Assembly: GCA_022709525.1 (NCBI GenBank)
Contig: JAKLIQ010000004.1
Span: forward strand, 9,260 to 73,259
Reading direction: 5' to 3'
Source: Candidatus Omnitrophota bacterium
Lineage (GTDB): Bacteria; Omnitrophota; Omnitrophia; Omnitrophales; Aquincolibacteriaceae
DNA length: 64,000 nt
Made by a program: the position numbers and the translations under genes. Positions 58,121 through 64,000 of this stretch are shown here, one piece after another (position 1 is the first letter of the stretch; every line of letters starts with the position of its first letter). Below the pieces are notes generated by a model. It searched no databases. It saw only the letters and a list, made by a program, of their open reading frames with translations, and was not told where the DNA came from.

Positions 58121-58660
58121 ATGGCGAAAAAACGATACCGGGTTCTAAAAAAGAGAATTATTTTTTCGAGAGGGCCCATCCATCTCGTCGACTGCGATAT
58201 CCATACGCCGCACGGCAAAGTGCTCTCCCGGCAGATCCTGGAGCATCCCGGTTGCGTGGTGATCATTCCCAAAACAAAAACGGGGAAGTATATTCTTGTA
58301 AGGCAATACCGGTTTCCGCTAGGGAAGCATCTCTGGGAGTTTCCGGCGGGCGGCAGGGAATCGGGCGAGTCGTTTCCGGCGGCGGCGAAGCGCGAACTAA
58401 TGGAAGAAATCGGGATGTGTCCGGGGCGTCTTAAGAAACTCACGGCGTTTTACCCGACACCCGGGGTTTCCGCGGAGAAGATGCACCTTTTTTTGGCATG
58501 GGAATTGCTTCCTAAAATAGCGGAAAAGGATGAAGATGAGGAGTTTGAAATAGGCCAGTTTACGCTCGCTCAATTGGGGCGTATGATCGCTAGGGGGCAG
58601 ATTGTCGATGGGAAGACCCTCGTTGGGTTTAGCTGTCTTCAGAAAACTACAAAATTGTAG
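58121..58660 (+). CDS. Nudix hydrolase (ADP-ribose pyrophosphatase-like)
   Basis: Nudix box GGRESGESFPAAAKRELMEEIG. Confidence 0.85.
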   Translation: MAKKRYRVLKKRIIFSRGPIHLVDCDIHTPHGKVLSRQILEHPGCVVIIPKTKTGKYILVRQYRFPLGKHLWEFPAGGRESGESFPAAAKRELMEEIGMCPGRLKKLTAFYPTPGVSAEKMHLFLAWELLPKIAEKDEDEEFEIGQFTLAQLGRMIARGQIVDGKTLVGFSCLQKTTKL

Positions 58661-58674
58661 GGGAAAACGACAAA

Positions 58675-61600
58675 ATGCGCGAATTCGGGCTTTACCATCC
58701 CAGTCTAGAACATGACGCTTGCGGCGTAGGATTCGTCGTTAAGGTCGACGGAACACGCTCGCATCAGATCGTCCGCGACGGGGTCCAGATCCTTAAAAAC
58801 CTTGTCCACCGCGGGGCGGTCGGCGGCGATCTGAAAACAGGGGATGGCGCCGGGATCATTCTTCAGATCCCGCATAAATTTTTCACCAGGTCTTCGAAAT
58901 TCCAGTTGCCCGCCGAGGGCCAATACGGCGTCGGAATGTTGTTCCTGCCTCAGCAGGAGAATGATGCCGAGCAGGCGAGGAAAATGATCGCCGAACAAAC
59001 GGCCAAGGAAGGCGGAAAAGTCCTTGGGTGGCGGGAAGTCCCGGTCCATCCGGATTGCTTGGGGGATATGGCCCGCGCCGCCATGCCGTCGATCTGGCAG
59101 GTGTTTGTCAGCTTCAAGGGGCTTCAAGGGGCCGGACTTGAGCGCCGACTTTATATTCTCCGAAAAGTTCTCGAGAATGAAGCCGTAAGGCTCGGCTGGA
59201 AACTAGAAGATTTTTACATTCCCTCGCTTTCCGCCCGGACGATCGTCTACAAAGGCATGTTTGCGGCGCCGCAGTTCGATCAGTTTTTCCCCGATCTTTT
59301 GGACCCTGAATTTGTCAGCGCCCTCGCGGTCGTCCACCAGCGTTATTCCACCAACACTTTCCCGTCATGGCCGCTCGCACATCCGTTCCATTTTATCGCG
59401 CATAACGGGGAGATCAATACGCTGCGCGGCAACATCAACAAGATGGCCGCTCGGGAGGTTCGGATCTCGTCGGAGCTTTTCGGCGACGAGATCAAAAAAC
59501 TGCTTCCGATCGTCAACCCTTCTTTGAGCGACTCCGGCATTTTTGACAATGTTTTTGAACTTTTAACGATGGGCGGACGGTCCATGGAACACGCCATGAT
59601 GATGATGGTTCCCGAGGCGTTCGGCGTGAAATACCACATCAGCGAAGCAAAACGCGCGTTCTTCGAATATCACTCCGCGATCATGGAGCCGTGGGACGGG
59701 CCCGCGGTCGTTGCCTTTACGGACGGAACGAAGGTCGGCGCGATCCTGGACCGCAACGGCCTCCGGCCGGCGCGTTACATTATTACCAAAAGCGGGCTGG
59801 TGATCATGGCCTCCGAAGTAGGTGTCTTGGACCTTAACCCGCCGGATGTGCTTGAAAAAGGCATGCTCTCGCCGGGGAAAATGCTTGTGGTCGATACCGC
59901 TTCGAACCGGGTGATCAAGGATAATGAGATCAAATCGGCGATCGCCCGCCACCGCCCTTACCGCCGCTGGCTTGAAGAGAACCGGATCGAGCTTCGGGGG
60001 TTGCTTCAGGTCCCCGGACCGGTAGAGATCGACCAGAAGACTCTCGCACTCCGCCAGCGTATTTTTGGCTACACGCTGGAAGACGAAAAAATGATCCTGC
60101 TTCCCATGGCCGAGAACGCGCAGGAACCTGTCGGGTCGATGGGTAACGACGCCCCGCTGGCGGTCCTTTCGAAGCGGCCGCAGCTTCTGTATGATTATTT
60201 CCGCCAGCTTTTTGCCCAGGTAACCAATCCGCCGATCGATCCTTATCGCGAGAATCTTGTCATGTCCCTTATGAGTTTTGTGGGACGGCAGGGCAATCTG
60301 CTCGATGAAACACCGGAGCACTGCCATCAGTTGAAATTATCGCATCCCGTGCTTACCAATGATGACATTGAGCGTCTTAAATCCTCCAATCTTGCCAGTT
60401 ACCGCGTCGCGACCGTTCCGATGTTTTTCAGCCCGAAGGACCCTCAGGATGGTCTTGAAATAGCCATTCAAAGACTTTGCGAAAATGTTGAGCAAAAACT
60501 TGATGAAGGGAATTCGCTCGTGATCATGAGCGATCGGGAGGTTGGGCCGGACAAAGCTCCGATCCCCGCGCTTTTGGCCACGGCCGCGGTGCATCAATAT
60601 CTCATCAAAAAGGGGAAGCGTTTCTTGGGAGGGCTCGCGCTGGAAACGGGCGAAGCGCGGGAGGTGCATCATTTTGCCTGCCTGATCGGATACGGGATCA
60701 ATGCCATCAACCCTTATCTTGTCTTTGAAACGCTCGCGGAGCTTGAAAAACGCGGGCATTTTTCAAAAGGATTAGCGCTTGAAACGGCCATTGAGAACTA
60801 TATTACCGCTATCAAAAAAGGCCTCTTGAAAGTCATGTCCAAGATGGGCATTTCTACGATCCGGAGCTATCGCGGCGCGCAGATCTTTGAGGCGGTTGGT
60901 CTTCATCCGGAATTTATCGAGCAATATTTTCCCGGGACCTCATCGCGTATCGGCGGGATCGGCCGGGAAGGCGTTGAGCGTGAGGCGCTTGCTCGGTTCA
61001 CGGCTGCTTTTGAGTTTCCGCGGGCCAATACCGAGACTCTGGACCCCGGCGGCAAGTACCATTACCGGAGCGATGCGGAAAAACATTTATTCTCCCCGCA
61101 AGCGATCGTCAATCTTCAAAAGGCGGTCCGGGAAGGGGATTACGCGGTCTTCAAACGCTATTCTTCCGAAATCAACGATATCAGCAAAAATCTTTGCACG
61201 CTCCGGGGCCTGTTTCAATTCAAGAAAGGTCATCCGGTTCCGATCGAGGAAGTGGAACCGGAGGATTCCATCGTGAAACGCTTTGTTTCTTCTGCGATGT
61301 CCTTCGGCTCGATCAGTAAAGAAACGCACGAAACCATCGCGATCGCGATGAACCGCCTTGGCGCGGCGAGCAATTCCGGCGAGGGCGGCGAAGACGAATC
61401 CCGCTATGTTCCGTTGCCGAACGGGGATTCCAGCAAGAGCATGATCAAGCAGGTGGCTTCGGCCCGCTTCGGTGTGACGATCTCTTATTTGGCTAATTCG
61501 AAAGAACTTCAGATCAAGATGGCGCAGGGCGCAAAGCCCGGGGAAGGCGGACAGCTGCCGGGGCATAAGGTCGATGAAACGATCGCAAGGGTCCGTCACT

Positions 61601-63198
61601 CGACACCCGGCGTTATGTTGATATCGCCACCGCCCCATCACGACATTTATTCGATCGAAGATTTGGCGCAGCTTATTTTTGATCTTAAAAACGCGAATCC
61701 GGAAGCCCGTGTCTCGGTTAAATTAGTTTCCGAACTAGGCGTGGGAACCGTGGCCGCGGGTGTCGCCAAGGGAAAAGCCGATATGGTCCTGATCAGCGGC
61801 CATGACGGCGGGACCGGCGCATCGCCCATTTCGTCGATCAAATACGCTGGGTCTCCATGGGAGATCGGGCTCGCCGAAACGCAGCAGGTGCTTATTATGA
61901 ACAAATTACGCGACCGCATTCGTGTTCAAGTGGACGGCCAGATCAAGACCGGACGGGATGTGGTCATCGGCGCCATGCTGGGCGCGGAGGAATTCGGGTT
62001 TGGCACCGCGTCGGTCGTGACGCTGGGCTGCATCATGATGAGAAAATGCCATCTCAACACGTGCCCCGTGGGGGTTGCGACGCAAAATCCCGAATTAAGA
62101 AAGCGTTTTGCCGGCAAACCCGAACATTTGATGAATTTCATGAAATTCGTAGCCCGCGAGGTCCGCGAGATCATGGCGGAGCTCGGATTCAGGAAATTTG
62201 ACGATATGATCGGCCGCGTCGACAGGATTGAAACGCTCGAGGCCGTCGAACACTATAAAGCCCAGGGGCTTGATTTCTCAAAAGTCCTGACGCCCCCCGA
62301 AGTTCCTTCCGGCGAAGCCGTTCGCTGCGTCACGCAACAAACGCATGATCTTTCATTTTCCCTTGATCCCGACTTGGTAAAAAAAGCTAAAGCGGCAATC
62401 GAATTCAAACAGCCCACTGTTCTCGAGCAGAAAATAAAGAACTGCAACCGAACGGTTGGAGCGACCCTAAGCTACGAGATCGCCAAACGCTACGGCCTTA
62501 AGGGGCTTCCGGAGGATACGATCCGCGTTAAGTTCGAGGGTTCCGCCGGGCAAAGCTTCGGCGCATTCCTCGCGCATGGGGTCATCTTCGAGCTTGAAGG
62601 GGACGCGAACGATTATTTCGGAAAAGGACTTTCCGGCGGACGGCTTATTGTTTACCCGCCGCGGTCGGCGACTTTCCGACCCCAGGATAACGTCATTACC
62701 GGAAACGTCAATCTTTTTGGCGCAACAGGCGGTGAGGCTTACATTCATGGCCGCGCTGGTATGCGATTCTGTGTCCGCAATAGCGGCGCTCTGGCGGTAG
62801 TCGAGGGTGTGGGCGATCACGGCTGCGAATACATGACGGGCGGACGCGTGATCATCCTGGGGCAGACCGGCGTGAATTTTGCGGCCGGTATGAGCGGCGG
62901 GATCGCTTACGTGCTCGATGAGAATCAGCTTTTTGATACCCGGTGCAATCTTGAAATGGTCGACCTGGAACCTGTGGTCGAAAAAGAGGACAGGGAATTT
63001 CTCAAAACGACGATCGAACGGCACGTGAAGCTCACGGGAAGCCAGCATGCCAAATCGATCCTGGCGAGTTGGGATGAAATGCTGCCACGATTCGTCAAGG
63101 TTATGCCGACGGATTACAAGAAAGCCATGGCGCGCATCAAGGAGCGCCAGATCAAGGGTTCGGAGTCGGCGGAAATGACGGAGGAGGTCTTCCTCTAA
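58675..63198 (+). CDS. gltB: Glutamate synthase large subunit
   Basis: N-terminal amidotransferase CGVGFV, FMN and 4Fe-4S central domains, and the C-terminal GXGXG domain; 1507 aa. Confidence 0.95.
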   Translation: MREFGLYHPSLEHDACGVGFVVKVDGTRSHQIVRDGVQILKNLVHRGAVGGDLKTGDGAGIILQIPHKFFTRSSKFQLPAEGQYGVGMLFLPQQENDAEQARKMIAEQTAKEGGKVLGWREVPVHPDCLGDMARAAMPSIWQVFVSFKGLQGAGLERRLYILRKVLENEAVRLGWKLEDFYIPSLSARTIVYKGMFAAPQFDQFFPDLLDPEFVSALAVVHQRYSTNTFPSWPLAHPFHFIAHNGEINTLRGNINKMAAREVRISSELFGDEIKKLLPIVNPSLSDSGIFDNVFELLTMGGRSMEHAMMMMVPEAFGVKYHISEAKRAFFEYHSAIMEPWDGPAVVAFTDGTKVGAILDRNGLRPARYIITKSGLVIMASEVGVLDLNPPDVLEKGMLSPGKMLVVDTASNRVIKDNEIKSAIARHRPYRRWLEENRIELRGLLQVPGPVEIDQKTLALRQRIFGYTLEDEKMILLPMAENAQEPVGSMGNDAPLAVLSKRPQLLYDYFRQLFAQVTNPPIDPYRENLVMSLMSFVGRQGNLLDETPEHCHQLKLSHPVLTNDDIERLKSSNLASYRVATVPMFFSPKDPQDGLEIAIQRLCENVEQKLDEGNSLVIMSDREVGPDKAPIPALLATAAVHQYLIKKGKRFLGGLALETGEAREVHHFACLIGYGINAINPYLVFETLAELEKRGHFSKGLALETAIENYITAIKKGLLKVMSKMGISTIRSYRGAQIFEAVGLHPEFIEQYFPGTSSRIGGIGREGVEREALARFTAAFEFPRANTETLDPGGKYHYRSDAEKHLFSPQAIVNLQKAVREGDYAVFKRYSSEINDISKNLCTLRGLFQFKKGHPVPIEEVEPEDSIVKRFVSSAMSFGSISKETHETIAIAMNRLGAASNSGEGGEDESRYVPLPNGDSSKSMIKQVASARFGVTISYLANSKELQIKMAQGAKPGEGGQLPGHKVDETIARVRHSTPGVMLISPPPHHDIYSIEDLAQLIFDLKNANPEARVSVKLVSELGVGTVAAGVAKGKADMVLISGHDGGTGASPISSIKYAGSPWEIGLAETQQVLIMNKLRDRIRVQVDGQIKTGRDVVIGAMLGAEEFGFGTASVVTLGCIMMRKCHLNTCPVGVATQNPELRKRFAGKPEHLMNFMKFVAREVREIMAELGFRKFDDMIGRVDRIETLEAVEHYKAQGLDFSKVLTPPEVPSGEAVRCVTQQTHDLSFSLDPDLVKKAKAAIEFKQPTVLEQKIKNCNRTVGATLSYEIAKRYGLKGLPEDTIRVKFEGSAGQSFGAFLAHGVIFELEGDANDYFGKGLSGGRLIVYPPRSATFRPQDNVITGNVNLFGATGGEAYIHGRAGMRFCVRNSGALAVVEGVGDHGCEYMTGGRVIILGQTGVNFAAGMSGGIAYVLDENQLFDTRCNLEMVDLEPVVEKEDREFLKTTIERHVKLTGSQHAKSILASWDEMLPRFVKVMPTDYKKAMARIKERQIKGSESAEMTEEVFL

Positions 63199-64000
63199 TG
63201 GGAAAATCTGATGGTTTTTTAGAATATAATCGAACCCTAGCCCCGAAACGGCCCATTCCGGAGCGGTTGAAGGACTATCGAGAGATCTCGAAGCCGCTTC
63301 TAAGCGAAGAGATCAACAGGCAAGGCGCCCGTTGCATGGATTGCGGGATTCCGTTCTGTCATGCGCTCGGTTGCCCCATCTACAATCTGATCCCGGAGTG
63401 GAATGACGCTGTCTATCGCGGACAGTGGAAGGACGCTTATGAGCGTTTGGCGCTTACGAATAATCTTCCTGAAGTGACCGGCCGTGTTTGCCCTGCGCCC
63501 TGCGAAGCGGCGTGCACTTTGGCGATCAATGTCGCGCCGGTAACGATCGAGCAGATCGAGCTGGCGATCATCGAAAAAGCGTTTGCCGAAGGCTGGGTTG
63601 TTCCGAAACCGCCGGCGAAAGAAACCGGTAAAAAAGTCGCGGTCATCGGTTCCGGACCAGCCGGTTTGAGCGCCGCCCAGCAGCTTCGCCGTGCAGGGCA
63701 TCAGGTAACGCTTTATGAAAAATCTCCAAAGATCGGCGGCTTATTGCGTTACGGGATCCCTGATTTCAAATTGGAGAAATGGGTTTTGGATCGCCGGATC
63801 GACCAAATGAAGGCCGAGGGAGTTCAATTCGAGGCGGGCATCCATGTGGGTGAAACGATCACAGCCGAAGAGCTCCGGAAAAAGTTTGACGCGATACTCT
63901 TGACGATGGGCGCAGGAGAACCCCGCGATCTTAAAGTGCCCGGCCGCGAGCTGCAGGGCGTACATTTTGCGATGGAGTATTTGACCCAATCCAACCGGTT
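63198..64000 (+). CDS. gltD: Glutamate synthase small subunit (NADPH), 3'-partial at the window edge
   Basis: [11 protein letters not shown] ... CPAPCEAAC Fe-S motifs, and [11 protein letters not shown] dinucleotide-binding motif. The ATG overlaps the gltB stop (TAATG). The frame is open to the window end. Confidence 0.9.
   Translation, partial: MGKSDGFLEYNRTLAPKRPIPERLKDYREISKPLLSEEINRQGARCMDCGIPFCHALGCPIYNLIPEWNDAVYRGQWKDAYERLALTNNLPEVTGRVCPAPCEAACTLAINVAPVTIEQIELAIIEKAFAEGWVVPKPPAKETGKKVAVIGSGPAGLSAAQQLRRAGHQVTLYEKSPKIGGLLRYGIPDFKLEKWVLDRRIDQMKAEGVQFEAGIHVGETITAEELRKKFDAILLTMGAGEPRDLKVPGRELQGVHFAMEYLTQSNR

Noticed and set aside
58021-58434. Plus ORF 58021-58434 and minus ORF 58096-58443 over the tRNA-Gly terminator and Nudix start
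   Set aside because: They overlap an intrinsic terminator and are out of frame with the conserved Nudix hydrolase.

Overview
This is a 64 kb chromosomal segment with high GC content (roughly 55-60% by eye) and Gram-negative features: a secretin, a TPR outer-membrane porin and type IV pilus genes. Most genes lie on the + strand in compact operons.

The window contains the following, in order:
- An exopolysaccharide-like module. It has a 5'-truncated TPR protein with a C-terminal beta-barrel (PgaA/BcsC-like), a lipoprotein, a HAMP-GGDEF sensor with a degenerate GGDDF motif, and a convergent YibQ-type divergent polysaccharide deacetylase.
- Housekeeping genes: orn, a HAD hydrolase, dusB, NAD(P)H-hydrate epimerase, lipA, an aminotransferase, murI, queC-queE, rph-rdgB.
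- A complete MSHA-like type IVa pilus cluster. In order: a single-domain response regulator, the PilB/MshE ATPase, PilC/MshG, the major pilin followed by a terminator, a LamG-domain minor pilin, two further minor pilins, a PilM-PilN fusion (MshI-like), PilO, PilP-like, a secretin interrupted by a frameshift in an A7 tract, an ExeA/MshM-like AAA ATPase and a GspB-like protein.
- A long imperfect palindrome, tRNA-Val(GAC) and a VanZ-like gene.
- The thrS-infC-rpmI-rplT-pheS-pheT operon, then rarA.
- A compositionally distinct island. Its AT-rich borders flank a STAS-PilZ fusion and a 2878-aa signal-peptide-bearing giant protein. That protein has a TraB/Tiki-like N-terminus (inference), tandem internal repeat modules, transmembrane clusters, an embedded class I SAM-methyltransferase domain, and an in-frame 14-nt DNA motif repeated six times.
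- A REPtron. A RAYT (IS200-like HuH tyrosine transposase) is flanked by 27-nt palindromic REP elements, and further copies of the same palindrome sit after rplT, pheT and the giant gene.
- A candidate sRNA with a near-consensus sigma70 promoter and an intrinsic terminator.
- More housekeeping genes: DUF1844, a UPF0104 membrane protein, aroQ, accB, accC, an Asp23-like protein, pfk, gmhA, rfaE-II, thiE, a PfkB kinase, tRNA-Gly(CCC) with a duplicated 5' fragment, a Nudix hydrolase, gltB and a 3'-truncated gltD.

The most novel candidate is the STAS-PilZ plus giant-protein island.
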